A stretch of 64,000 nucleotides of DNA from positions 416,001 to 480,000 of the forward strand of contig CM000429.1 of the NCBI GenBank assembly GCA_000165345.1, written 5' to 3'. A program made the position numbers and the translations under genes. The notes under the pieces were generated by a model. It worked only from the letters and a program-made list of their open reading frames with translations. It was not told the DNA's origin and did no database searches. This document shows, piece after piece, positions 1 through 9,304 of this stretch (position 1 is the first letter of the stretch; the number at the start of each line of letters is the position of its first letter).

Positions 1-542
1 GACAATCCACATGGTATCAGGGGTACTTCTTCACCAGTTTCATCAATTTTTTCTACTTGGATTTTATTTATATAGTTATCAAGAGTGTTTCCACGAACTT
101 GGCGTAAGTAAGTAATTGTTTTTGCTGTCCCACAAGTAAAACCTGGGAAAATATCTGAAGGCCTGCTTTGAACATAGGATCGGAAATTTTGATAAAAGTT
201 ATCTATATATATATTTATATTTACTGGCCCAGTAATATCATTCTCTATATTGAATATTAGGCTGCTTACGTTCTTTTGTATCGGTTCACTAATATACTCT
301 ACATATGAGTTGCTTCTATAATTGAAAAAGAAAAATGCTGCAAATACTGCATGAAAGACGCCACCAATTAAGAACAAAATAATTGCAATTTTTGGTGAAA
401 ATAGATACTTCCCAGGATTCCAAATCTTCATATCCTGTTGTACAAATGATTCTAAGATTTCATCAACTTTTTTCTCGCCCTTTCTTAGCCGTTGTATCCA
501 AACCAAATTTGAAAGTTCGTGCCTATAATAGTTCGAGTTCAT
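1..542 (-). CDS. CDC50: CDC50/LEM3-family P4-ATPase beta subunit. It is 3'-partial and continues beyond the window start. Exons on the minus strand are 270..542 (ATG at 542, 91 codons) and <1..242.
   Basis: Minus-strand exon 1 translates MNSNYYRHELSNLVWIQRLRKGEKKVDEILESFVQQDMKIWNPGKYLFSPKIAIILFLIGGVFHAVFAAFFFFNYRSNSYVEYISEPIQKN and ends at a GTAAGC donor (270/269). Exon 2 starts after AG at 243-244 and reads NDITGPVNINIYIDNFYQNFRSYVQSRPSDIFPGFTCGTAKT...EEVPLIPCGL. The QQ.xKxWxP motif before TM1, the NFYQNxRxYVxS motif and PCGL are hallmarks of CDC50. The plus-strand track ORF 383..601 is antisense noise. Confidence 0.6.
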   Translation of the reverse strand, partial: MNSNYYRHELSNLVWIQRLRKGEKKVDEILESFVQQDMKIWNPGKYLFSPKIAIILFLIGGVFHAVFAAFFFFNYRSNSYVEYISEPIQKNVSSLIFNIENDITGPVNINIYIDNFYQNFRSYVQSRPSDIFPGFTCGTAKTITYLRQVRGNTLDNYINKIQVEKIDETGEEVPLIPCGL

Positions 543-859
543 TCTTATGTGGCAATTCTATCATATACAATGGATGTAAATTAAGTTATATTGGATCTTA
601 GGATAGATATTTTTAGAGCCGTATTTTTAAATATATTTTAAACATTTTTCATAGACCTAAATAATAATCCGGTATTTTCCTTCAGACGCAGAAAAAAATT
701 TCTGCCCTCGAGAAAAAAATCGCGTATTTTTAATGAGATGTAAATATTTATATTATTAACGCATTTATGTCTTAAATTTTACTAGAAATCAATATAAATT
801 AGAAAAATAATACTATTCTACTAGATATTTCTAAAGTTATTAATTGTCGTAAAACGATT

Positions 860-1290
860 CTATTTATGAATTAGCGTATACATTGTAGTCCATGTTAGAA
901 TAAATGTTACTAGACATGTAGCAACATTTTCTATGACAATTTCTGTAGGATCTAAAATTCTTTCTGGAATATCAAGTAAATTAAGATATGTGGTTCCAAT
1001 AAATACTAATCCAAGTATTGCAGAAATAAGAACTGTGGCACCCTTAAGTCCAAATATTCCACATCCTACACCAAATAAAAGTGCACAAATTTGGAGAATC
1101 CAATAGGTTATAAGAGAAACTTCGTCCTGAAAATTTGATTTTCTTGTTTAGTGAGTAATTAAACTTAACTTACCCTAGTCCACTCAAATGTTGCATCTGC
1201 TTTGATCGCCTTAGTAAGAAGAGAATAGTTTCTGTTATTTGTAATTTTTTCACGGATATTTTCAAAAAATTTTAATTGATTAATTGTCAT
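860..1290 (-). CDS. EMC6: Small 2-TM protein of the EMC6 / Rab5-interacting-protein family. It has 2 exons, 1174..1290 and 860..1126, separated by a 47-nt intron.
   Basis: ATG at 1290. Exon 1 reads MTINQLKFFENIREKITNNRNYSLLTKAIKADATFEWTR and ends at AGG|GTAAGT (donor 1173/1172). The acceptor is TTTTCAG (AG 1127-1128). Exon 2 reads DEVSLITYWILQICALLFGVGCGIFGLKGATVLISAILGLVFIGTTYLNLLDIPERILDPTEIVIENVATCLVTFILTWTTMYTLIHK, with stop at 860-862. The glycine-rich TM1 (GxGxxGLxG) and the C-terminal FILTWTxxY parallel EMC6/TMEM93. This gene is not present in the ORF track. Confidence 0.5.
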
Positions 1291-1316
1291 TGTTACAATT
1301 GCTCTTTCTGACGAAT

Positions 1317-2699
1317 TTATTTAAAAAGGTCTATATTGTCATTCGGCGCGTCGATTGAGTATTTAACTTCTATACAGCCGTTTACATATAGCCATGAAAT
1401 TATGGATTTTACTGTTTTTAATGCTTCATCGCGATTAGAAGAGTATATTTTATCAGAGGATTCATATGGATAATAAATTAAATGCTCAGATGCTCTTTTT
1501 TCTCTAGTAAATTTTTGGAAGAATTCAACAAGCTCACTTCTAACATCGCAAAGTTTCTTTCCATTACAAAAAAATGAGCTAATCAATATAAGTGGGTTAC
1601 ATCCTTTCCAGTCAATAATATCTTTGTATTTTAAGTTAAATCTATTTACTTGAGTTTTTATCGAATCAGGGCAAATTACATAAACTTTGTCATATCTTAT
1701 TATTTCCAAAACCTTTGCAACTTTTTTAGTAATCAGTTTTTGGCAAACCTTCAAAATATTTGATGGTTGTTCTAAAAGTTCAACTGAAATATCCCTGATG
1801 GATAAGTGTGGGTCTGCAATATTCGAAATTTCGTTTATAAGTTCATTTTCTTTATATATATTAGAAAGTTTAGACTTATCAATATAAAAAGTTAATTTAT
1901 CATATAAACTCTCTACAGGGTTTTGGAGGCAATTATTATCGATTGAAGAAAAAAAATGGTGTGGTTTTGATGGCGTTACTGTAAAATCATTGCAATCAAT
2001 TTTTAATCTCGTAAAATATTTAATAAGCTTTTTCGAAAGCCTATTGTTTTTCTCAACTATAGAAAAGATATGCTCCTGCAAATTACTTCTTTCAGACCCA
2101 CTTAAGTTAATATGTTCACTTCCAATCGACGCACCACCTTTATTATTCTGGAAACTCTTATATAAATTCTTCAAATACTCGAACGAAGTTTCATTGGACC
2201 TCAAAATTTCTACAGAAATAAAGTTATTGGCAATTTCACATGATAAAAGAGTACTTGTAATTCTAAATAGCTTTTCTTCTATGAATTCATAGTTTATCAA
2301 AGTTGATGCAATAAATACTAATGTTACGGAGAAACTTTCGATAAATTTATCCAACTCGAGATTTCTATTATCTATATTAATCTTTTTTTGATTATTATTA
2401 AATAAGGCTTGATTTAAGGATTTTGTATGGATTGTTGAACTTGGGAAGAAAACAAATCTATGCTGAAAATCTTTGGACTCAATGACTAAATCGGACATTT
2501 TGTTCCATAATGCTGAGTCAGATGGTAGAATCAAAGGTGCAAGTTTAGAGCATTCATGTCCAAAGCATTCCTTGGTTTGAATAACATTTTTCTCATTTAA
2601 TATAGAAAAGGAGCTCGGGGGATGGTAAAATATAATCTCAGGTTCTTGATATGGCCATTTGACAGTTAAAATGATTCCTACTAAGTCAAAACCGCACAT
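1317..2699 (-). CDS. Hypothetical 460-aa protein. The N-terminus (PEIIFYHPPSS...) is weakly reminiscent of the Ccz1/longin-type GEF subunit (KILFYHP), but this is not secure.
   Basis: Uninterrupted ATG-initiated ORF with no recognisable catalytic motifs. The plus-strand ORFs 1687..1887 and 1990..2292 are antisense artefacts. Confidence 0.5.
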   Translation of the reverse strand: MCGFDLVGIILTVKWPYQEPEIIFYHPPSSFSILNEKNVIQTKECFGHECSKLAPLILPSDSALWNKMSDLVIESKDFQHRFVFFPSSTIHTKSLNQALFNNNQKKINIDNRNLELDKFIESFSVTLVFIASTLINYEFIEEKLFRITSTLLSCEIANNFISVEILRSNETSFEYLKNLYKSFQNNKGGASIGSEHINLSGSERSNLQEHIFSIVEKNNRLSKKLIKYFTRLKIDCNDFTVTPSKPHHFFSSIDNNCLQNPVESLYDKLTFYIDKSKLSNIYKENELINEISNIADPHLSIRDISVELLEQPSNILKVCQKLITKKVAKVLEIIRYDKVYVICPDSIKTQVNRFNLKYKDIIDWKGCNPLILISSFFCNGKKLCDVRSELVEFFQKFTREKRASEHLIYYPYESSDKIYSSNRDEALKTVKSIISWLYVNGCIEVKYSIDAPNDNIDLFK

Positions 2700-3089
2700 T
2701 TAAAAATTTTGATAATTCAATTATATTCAGATTTGCAAAATGCCCAAGAAAATAATAAAGTATTAATAATACTTGAACAGTAGCTTATTTGTCGCCCAGT
2801 CTTACTATAAGTAGTAATGTAAACTGAAGTTAGAACTTAGATATTCTTCAATCATTGTATTCATAAATTTAAACAAATAACGCTAGTTCTGGCTTAAAAT
2901 TATACCGCTTTGGTTATAAATCTTAATGGCATTTAAATTATTACCAAATTTTAGGTGTTACCAAAATTCAGAAAGATTAATTAATACAGTTCTGTAGACA
3001 AGAAAGTAAAAATTATAGTAATATATATATTAAAATTTTTTTTTTGTTATAAAATAATTTAACATTCATGTGTTTGTGGAAAAGAAAAT

Positions 3090-3455
3090 ATGGTTGAAAG
3101 CAGTGACTTCCCACAGATATTAGACCAATTCCCTTTATATGAACATGAAGGAACGAAGACGAAAATTATTGGATTAATATTTTCAAACAAAATTCAATTT
3201 GTCTTGAGCGAAGCGGAAACCTTCGGATCAGTCTTACATGCATCTACAGATCAAGCAGGTATGATTTACGACGTCGAAGTTCTTTTAGGTGATAGAAACG
3301 ATGAGATATCACGGTTATATGCAAGGAGATTACTGGAGCTATTTCGAAGTAAGGGGTATACTAAAAGTAGCCTATTGTTGCTCACTTCTATTAGAAAGCA
3401 CTCTATTGAACATTTGAGAGGCGTTTTAAAGCATATTGATGACAATATCATTTAG
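3090..3455 (+). CDS. Proteasome assembly chaperone 3 (PAC3/PSMG3/Pba3)-like small protein, 121 aa.
   Basis: The segment DVEVLLGDRNDEISRLYARRLLELFRSKGYTKSSLLLLTSIRKHSIEHLRGVLKHI parallels the PSMG3 core (KVLLGQDEPLIHVFAKNLVAFVSQEAGNRAVLLAVAVKDKSMEGLKALREVI). The size also matches the ~122-aa PSMG3. Confidence 0.45.
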   Translation: MVESSDFPQILDQFPLYEHEGTKTKIIGLIFSNKIQFVLSEAETFGSVLHASTDQAGMIYDVEVLLGDRNDEISRLYARRLLELFRSKGYTKSSLLLLTSIRKHSIEHLRGVLKHIDDNII

Positions 3456-5430
3456 TATCGAATGGAGGTATTTGCCTACGGCATGTTGGACATTCTAGCT
3501 TAACGCTCATCCATTGTTTAAGGCATTTTTGGTGGAATATATGATCACAGGGAGTGCAAACTGCGCACAATTCGTGATCAAAGTCCTTAAATATAGAAAC
3601 ATTCACCATACAAATCACACAGAGCTTATTTGTATGCGTTCTATCGTTGAAATTGGTTAATTCAATTTCTTCAAGTCCTGATGGTTCAGTATGTGAAATA
3701 TTATCCTGAACAAAGTTAACCTTAGATCCATTTAACGATTCAGAATTTAATTCTCCATCAATAGGAATATTAACCTCTCGTGTATCCTCATTTGAAGCTC
3801 CATTGTAGATGTCTTTACTTGTTAATCTGAAATAATTATACGGTCTTGGCCTGAATATCTTCGGAATTAAACACTTTGGTCCAAATTTTAATTGCACAAA
3901 ATAAATTATCATTTGTATTGAAGTAATTAAAAATATGAAAATAGATAGTAATGAAGAGTTCTTTGTTGAGATAGGCGTAATATTCAAATACTGGAATACT
4001 GGAGCATTGAATATCGAATTAGAATATCCCCAAACGTAAATAGGAACGAATGCCTTGCCAATTAAAGATGTAAGTATAAAATATGGGTGGAGCGGTAGAG
4101 TTGAATTCAAATGAATAGTATTAGCAAGTAGGTCATTTAGAATTTGAGGAATGAGAAATAAAAATAGTGATACATAAATACAATATGGCACGGATTGAAT
4201 GATTATTATATTTCTCTCACTTAGACTCTTTGCAAAAGTGCTAAATACTATACTTGAATTGCATATTCCGAATAGAAGTATAAAGAAAAGCACTATTCCA
4301 AATAGAAATACATAGAGCCTTCTATAAAATTGTGTTGTAATGATAGGTATTTCAGTTGAAGGAGCATTTTGTAAATAATTTGACTTCCAAATCCAAAATA
4401 AATACTTTATTTCTATGTAAAAAATGTGGATCCATTTAAAAAGTATCATAAGTGAAAACGAAGAAAACAGTAGTGAAGGTAGAGCAAATGAGCAATATAA
4501 AATAAATACACATTCCAGTATATCTAATATAATCTGCATAAATAAACAAGAAATAGATGTATTACTGACGAAGCTTGCCCCAATAACTGGTGAATTACTG
4601 TGTACAAGCTGTATTACGCTTCCTCTAATTTCCATAAGTACCTTTAAATTATATATGAATGAGAAGTGGATAATATTTAGTCTGAACAAACTCATTGAGA
4701 ATGGCTCACCTTTCAAAAGTACATTGAAGTTGCAATCCAGAGATTTAATTATAAATTCTATTTGGTTTTTACCTTCCCCTTTTTCGTTTATATTACTACC
4801 TCTAAATTTATATTTTTCATTTTCCTTCTGTGGGAATATTTGATTAACTAAGTTGGTGTCATTAGAGATATCAATTTCCAGAAGACAGTAAGTTGAATCT
4901 GAGTTTCGAATTTGGTTTGTTGGAGTTTCATTCACTTTGCTAGTAAATACCATATTTAACTCATCTTCAGCAATAATCTTTTCAAAGTTCCAGTTGTATG
5001 CTTTCCCATTTTTGTCCAGCTGTATAATTAACGAAACCAATGCAGATTTTGAGGAAATACTTGACTTCGTCCATTCAAGCTGCCATTTTGAATTGCCATA
5101 AATAGCTGTTATTGATTTGCTACCCGCGAATAAGCCATTTTTATCTTGGGGATTCCCGTGATAATTATCCAAATAAGTGTTCATTTGAAATTCACCAAAG
5201 TAAAAAGCAGATGAAGTAATGGTCGAACTGGCAACAATGGATCCATTGCCTTGAAATTTATTTTCAAAACTAAGAATTATTATTACAAAGAAAACGAAAA
5301 ATGTAAAAAATAAATTTCTTGAGTTTCTTTCAGCTGAAAAGTTCAAGATTGAAAGATCGAGGTTATTTATTCGATCAATTATTGATGCATGAAATATGCT
5401 GGGCTCCGACCTTGAATTATTATTTTCCAT
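3448..5430 (-). CDS. Multi-pass membrane RING-H2 E3 ubiquitin ligase, Tul1/Dsc-E3-like. It has a signal-anchor, a lumenal domain of about 300 aa, about 7 TM helices and a C-terminal RING-H2.
   Basis: 660-aa ORF. The C-terminus reads CVICMVNVS...CTPCDHIFHQKCLKQWMSVKLECPTCRRQIPP, fitting the TPC-H-FH--CL--WM--KL-CP-CR pattern of Tul1-type RINGs. Hydrophobic helices precede it. Its stop (3448-3450) overlaps the PAC3-like stop (3453-3455). Confidence 0.6.
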   Translation of the reverse strand: MENNNSRSEPSIFHASIIDRINNLDLSILNFSAERNSRNLFFTFFVFFVIIILSFENKFQGNGSIVASSTITSSAFYFGEFQMNTYLDNYHGNPQDKNGLFAGSKSITAIYGNSKWQLEWTKSSISSKSALVSLIIQLDKNGKAYNWNFEKIIAEDELNMVFTSKVNETPTNQIRNSDSTYCLLEIDISNDTNLVNQIFPQKENEKYKFRGSNINEKGEGKNQIEFIIKSLDCNFNVLLKGEPFSMSLFRLNIIHFSFIYNLKVLMEIRGSVIQLVHSNSPVIGASFVSNTSISCLFMQIILDILECVFILYCSFALPSLLFSSFSLMILFKWIHIFYIEIKYLFWIWKSNYLQNAPSTEIPIITTQFYRRLYVFLFGIVLFFILLFGICNSSIVFSTFAKSLSERNIIIIQSVPYCIYVSLFLFLIPQILNDLLANTIHLNSTLPLHPYFILTSLIGKAFVPIYVWGYSNSIFNAPVFQYLNITPISTKNSSLLSIFIFLITSIQMIIYFVQLKFGPKCLIPKIFRPRPYNYFRLTSKDIYNGASNEDTREVNIPIDGELNSESLNGSKVNFVQDNISHTEPSGLEEIELTNFNDRTHTNKLCVICMVNVSIFKDFDHELCAVCTPCDHIFHQKCLKQWMSVKLECPTCRRQIPPFDTK

Positions 5431-5559
5431 TTTTGTTTTAGAAATAATACATAATTAGAAAGTTAGTTTGATCTTGAGAGTAGATAATAATAAAAATAAT
5501 TAGAATTATATTGTTTCCTCAGAGTTAATATAAAATAAATAAATATTTGCCAATTTTAT

Positions 5560-7041
5560 TTACTCCCAGATTTTTATAGTTCCATCCCAACCGCAAGAAG
5601 CAATGCGTGAAGGGAAAACAGGGTGCCACTGACAACCTATGCTTACCCCTTCATGGGCATTAAAACTTCTAAAATTTTTTGTAGTTTTCCAATCCCAAAA
5701 ATGAACCTTTCCATTAATATCACCAGATATTATATACTGTCCATCTGGGCTTACATCGCATTGAATTGCGTACCCTGAATTTTTAAGTCCAGTGAAGCGC
5801 TTTTTAATACATCTATAATTGGCATGCGTATCATAAACTAAAATTTTGTTATCCATACTTTGACAAACTAAATGCTGCCCATCAGAATGCAAAGCGACAT
5901 ATGGCATTGATTGCATTAATGGGTCAGCGATATGCTTCACTACAATTGGTATTCCAACATCCCAAACGAACATCTTTTTATCGTCTGAAGTTGTAACAAA
6001 CTTTTTGCCGTCTTCGCAAAATGTAACAGTATTTACCGCTCCCTGATGTTCATTGTACACTTGTACAACTTCATTAGATCTTGTGTCGTATTGAATAGCC
6101 TTTTTGTTGCTAAAGCCAACAATAATACTTTGCTCATTCTTTGGATGAACTGAAACACAGTACGGCGTCTTATCATTCAAAATTTTCCACTTCGTTTTTC
6201 CATATTCTGCATCCCAAAACAATATTTGTTTGTCATATCCACAACTATAGAAACTTTTACAGTCCCTTTGTTTATTTGAAAACTGAATATCTCTAACTGC
6301 GTTTTTGTGCCCATGGTAAATATAAATACACTTGCTATCAGAGCTCCAAATCTTTATTTGAGAATCCAACCCTGCAGATAATAATAGGTGCCCAGTTTTT
6401 GGAATGAATCTAATAGCTTGAACACCCAAAGAGTGAGCCCTTATAACTTTAATAAGTTTCTTAGGGGCATAACATTGTTCATTAGGAAGCCTTTCTTTGG
6501 TTTCATTTGGAGAGATAATCCAAGATCTATTTTGATAATCAGTACGTTCCTTGCCAAGGAATGTACTTTCGGCATACTTTTCGTCTGTCAACGAATCATC
6601 GGTATCTGATTCTTGAGTCTCATCATTAAATTCACTTTCCAAATTGTTAACTCCAAAATCTTCTTCAGTCCGAAATATGATATTCTCTGTAATGACTTTT
6701 TCTTTTTGATCTTTTCTCCACGGTCCAATGTAATTATACTTGCTCTTCTTCGATGAAGGCTTTAGTTTTTTTTCACCTATATGTTGGCTTAAATTCTCAA
6801 AATAAATTTCTTGTTTCTGACCAAATTTAGTTCTTTTATCTACTTTCTTTGAGCTTATATTTTTATTTTGAAAGTTAAAGTTTAAGTCGAATGCGGTTGA
6901 AGAGCAAGAAAAGGAATTTATTTGCTCATTTAGAGTTACTTTATTCAGATCATAATGATTAAATATAGCATCATCTACGTCTGGTGCAGAGCTTTTTTGT
7001 AAGAGTTGATTAATATTCGCTGAATCATCTTTTTCAAACAT
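5560..7041 (-). CDS. PRP17: Pre-mRNA splicing factor Prp17/CDC40, with a 7-blade WD40 C-terminus.
   Basis: The segment TGHLLLSAGLDSQIKIWSS...HGHKNAVRDIQFS...GYDKQILFWDAEYGK...PYCVSVHP...KKAIQYDTRSNEVVQVYNEHQGAVNTVTFCEDGKKFVTTSDDKKMFVWD...CQSMDNKILVYD...ISGDINGKVHFWDWKTTKNFRSFNAHEGVSIGCQWHP...CGWDGTIKIWE is near-colinear with CDC40. Confidence 0.9.
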   Translation of the reverse strand: MFEKDDSANINQLLQKSSAPDVDDAIFNHYDLNKVTLNEQINSFSCSSTAFDLNFNFQNKNISSKKVDKRTKFGQKQEIYFENLSQHIGEKKLKPSSKKSKYNYIGPWRKDQKEKVITENIIFRTEEDFGVNNLESEFNDETQESDTDDSLTDEKYAESTFLGKERTDYQNRSWIISPNETKERLPNEQCYAPKKLIKVIRAHSLGVQAIRFIPKTGHLLLSAGLDSQIKIWSSDSKCIYIYHGHKNAVRDIQFSNKQRDCKSFYSCGYDKQILFWDAEYGKTKWKILNDKTPYCVSVHPKNEQSIIVGFSNKKAIQYDTRSNEVVQVYNEHQGAVNTVTFCEDGKKFVTTSDDKKMFVWDVGIPIVVKHIADPLMQSMPYVALHSDGQHLVCQSMDNKILVYDTHANYRCIKKRFTGLKNSGYAIQCDVSPDGQYIISGDINGKVHFWDWKTTKNFRSFNAHEGVSIGCQWHPVFPSRIASCGWDGTIKIWE

Positions 7042-7086
7042 AACTATTTATGCTACAACTCAGCTGTCAGAACGTAATTTATAAAA

Positions 7087-7098
7087 AGCGCTAGCGCT
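7087..7098. promoter_or_regulatory. Perfect 12-bp GC-rich palindrome AGCGCTAGCGCT in the divergent promoter between Prp17 (minus) and the 7248 gene (plus).
   Basis: Its reverse complement is identical. The core CGCTAGCG/TAGCGC recurs at 45047..45056 and 20282..20290, with a variant at 15342..15349, all in 5' intergenic spacers. Confidence 0.4.
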
Positions 7099-7247
7099 AA
7101 TAACATGCCATATTCTAATTCCACACAATTAGAAGAATTTAATGGATACAAAAAAGATATAGTTGCCCTATATAATTAATACTATGTTATCTTTTCCTCA
7201 TATAAACTGCGAAAATTAGCATTTTGAAATCTTAATATTCTGAGAAA

Positions 7248-9269
7248 ATGGAAAATGAAAAAATGAAAGATCAAGAGAATGAATTCCAAGCTGAAGAAAA
7301 GGAGTCTCTAGATTCTAGTATTAGAAGCTTTGAGAACAAACCAATTTGTTCTGATGAATCTAGAGAGCTCCAAGATCATGAGAAAAATGATAATTGTTCT
7401 GGAGAAAGCTGCAAAGTAAATTCTAAACAAATTGCACAGAATGGCAATATTATTGATGAAAAAACTAATAGTTTTGATATAGACAGTCATAACTCTCAAA
7501 ATATAACTGATCTATATCTTGATCATAAGACAATTATTACGGAAAAATCTGAAAACAACAGTAATGCGGAAGTCGATCTTACAAATAACCAATCGTATTT
7601 TAAAGACTTAGATAATTCAATTGAAAAGGATGATGACAAAAGTCAAAAATCAGCTCAAAAATTAGAGAAAATTAGTCAAACTGAAGAGATGTTTTCTAAT
7701 AATAAAAATACAATAAAAATGGAATATAAAGTTAATCTAAAAGACAGGAAAGGAGAAATTAAAGAGCTATTGGACAACATCAACCAACTTAAAAGCAAAG
7801 CTAGCCAGAATGAAACTTGTATTGTGGCAAAGTTAATGAATTCTAGAGGGGTTTACTGTGGAATGCATACAGAATTATCTCTATATGAAGAATTACTGAA
7901 ATACTTGTTCTCAAAGCGTGACTTGAACGAGGAGACGTTCGAATCCATTGATATTGAAGATGATGCGTCATTAGTTGATCAGTTCGAAAGCAATACCAGT
8001 AATTTATTTCATCTGGGAATAGAGAATACAGAAACTAATACAAAAAGAAAATCAGTTTTCGAAAATATTATAGATTTTGCAGTAAAAAAAGTTTCTATTT
8101 ACAAAAATTATTCCAAAATATTTGAAAAGCCTAAACAAAATTTTGAAAATGAGCTTCTAAAACCATTGAGTGTGCATTACGATTTATCTAATCATGATAG
8201 CGTCACTTTTTTTGAAGATACAATGATTTGCGATGAAAATTTCAATAATTGTTTCGGCCCTTTTCATGTTAATGATGCATACATAAGCTTGTCCAGTAAT
8301 TATTTAAATCTTAAAATAAATCAGATAAAGAAGGAAATTGACATATTGTCAAGCTATTTAACTAAAAAAGAGTGCCAAATCTTTGAAAAAAGCATCGAGT
8401 TTAATTTTTCAATAAATTTTGGCATTAATGTCTTTAATTTATTCGAAAATAATTTATTCGGTTTAATTATTAATGAAAGATTTGATGAAAAAAATGAATT
8501 CAAATCAAAAACCAATTTAAAAGGCATAAATTCAAATAATATTCTTGCGTATAAACTGAATTTTTGTGGAATCAGATACCTAAAAGAAAATTTGATGAAT
8601 AATTTATTCAGAAAAAAATTGCAAGTTATTCAACATAGGTTGGATTCTCTATACAAATTTTTATTGCCTAGAGAAGAGTTCAGTCAAGAATTTAAAAACA
8701 AATCTATTGTTAATAGATTAATAAACGTAGAAAATATGCTACTATCTATAATCCCCAAATCTCATTCAGTTGCGGATATTTTTCAAACAAAGATACAGAT
8801 GGAGAGTAATTTACTTAATGGATTTATAATTAGTGACGTTCGGAAATCAGACTTAAAGAAGATATCAAATCTTGTAAAATCGAAAGTTTCATCTTACGGA
8901 GGAAGGAATTCAAAATTTGAAAGTGAAGGATGTGATATTGAAATGAACGATAATGAGTTATACAAAACAGAAGAAAATAAGAAAATTAAATCAATGTTGG
9001 AAGAGTTAGATGTGATAAGAAATAAAGAATCTTCCCTTTGTTTGGATGATATATTCAAAACTGCAAGCAGATTAGTGAGGAAAGAAAATACTATTGAGTC
9101 TTTTCTATCGAACGTTAAGAGAATTGAAAAATGTGAAAAAATGCATGCAGAAAATCTTGTTAGCTTAGAGAAAATTCAAGGTATTACAAACGAATTATTG
9201 GAAATTATGGAAACAAATTTAAATAAAGTCGATGAATTAAATATTGATAATATCAGTGGGAAATTATAG
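7248..9269 (+). CDS. Hypothetical 673-aa protein. The N-terminal third is acidic and low-complexity, and there are coiled-coil-like segments.
   Basis: Long uninterrupted ATG ORF on the coding strand of a compact locus. No recognisable domain. Antisense ORF 7308..7499 rejected. Confidence 0.7.
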   Translation: MENEKMKDQENEFQAEEKESLDSSIRSFENKPICSDESRELQDHEKNDNCSGESCKVNSKQIAQNGNIIDEKTNSFDIDSHNSQNITDLYLDHKTIITEKSENNSNAEVDLTNNQSYFKDLDNSIEKDDDKSQKSAQKLEKISQTEEMFSNNKNTIKMEYKVNLKDRKGEIKELLDNINQLKSKASQNETCIVAKLMNSRGVYCGMHTELSLYEELLKYLFSKRDLNEETFESIDIEDDASLVDQFESNTSNLFHLGIENTETNTKRKSVFENIIDFAVKKVSIYKNYSKIFEKPKQNFENELLKPLSVHYDLSNHDSVTFFEDTMICDENFNNCFGPFHVNDAYISLSSNYLNLKINQIKKEIDILSSYLTKKECQIFEKSIEFNFSINFGINVFNLFENNLFGLIINERFDEKNEFKSKTNLKGINSNNILAYKLNFCGIRYLKENLMNNLFRKKLQVIQHRLDSLYKFLLPREEFSQEFKNKSIVNRLINVENMLLSIIPKSHSVADIFQTKIQMESNLLNGFIISDVRKSDLKKISNLVKSKVSSYGGRNSKFESEGCDIEMNDNELYKTEENKKIKSMLEELDVIRNKESSLCLDDIFKTASRLVRKENTIESFLSNVKRIEKCEKMHAENLVSLEKIQGITNELLEIMETNLNKVDELNIDNISGKL

Positions 9270-9304
9270 GAAGCAAACTAAAAAAACATAAATATTGTAT
9301 GAAT

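Noticed and set aside
383-601. Plus-strand 72-aa ORF (TTG start)
   Set aside because: It lies antisense to the CDC50 first exon, which has a clear family match. It is low-complexity with no motif.
4424-4843. 139-aa plus-strand ORF inside the Tul1-like gene
   Set aside because: Antisense shadow ORF within a well-supported minus-strand CDS. The same applies to 6388..6609, 7308..7499, 12022..12219, 12610..12981, 15475..15681, 17152..18189, 20646..20954, 39351..39880, 43147..43374, 45345..45695, 48745..49368, 51080..51997, 52685..53946, 55779..56027, 57783..58091, 63035..63814 and the many short antisense ORFs inside 22483..36321.
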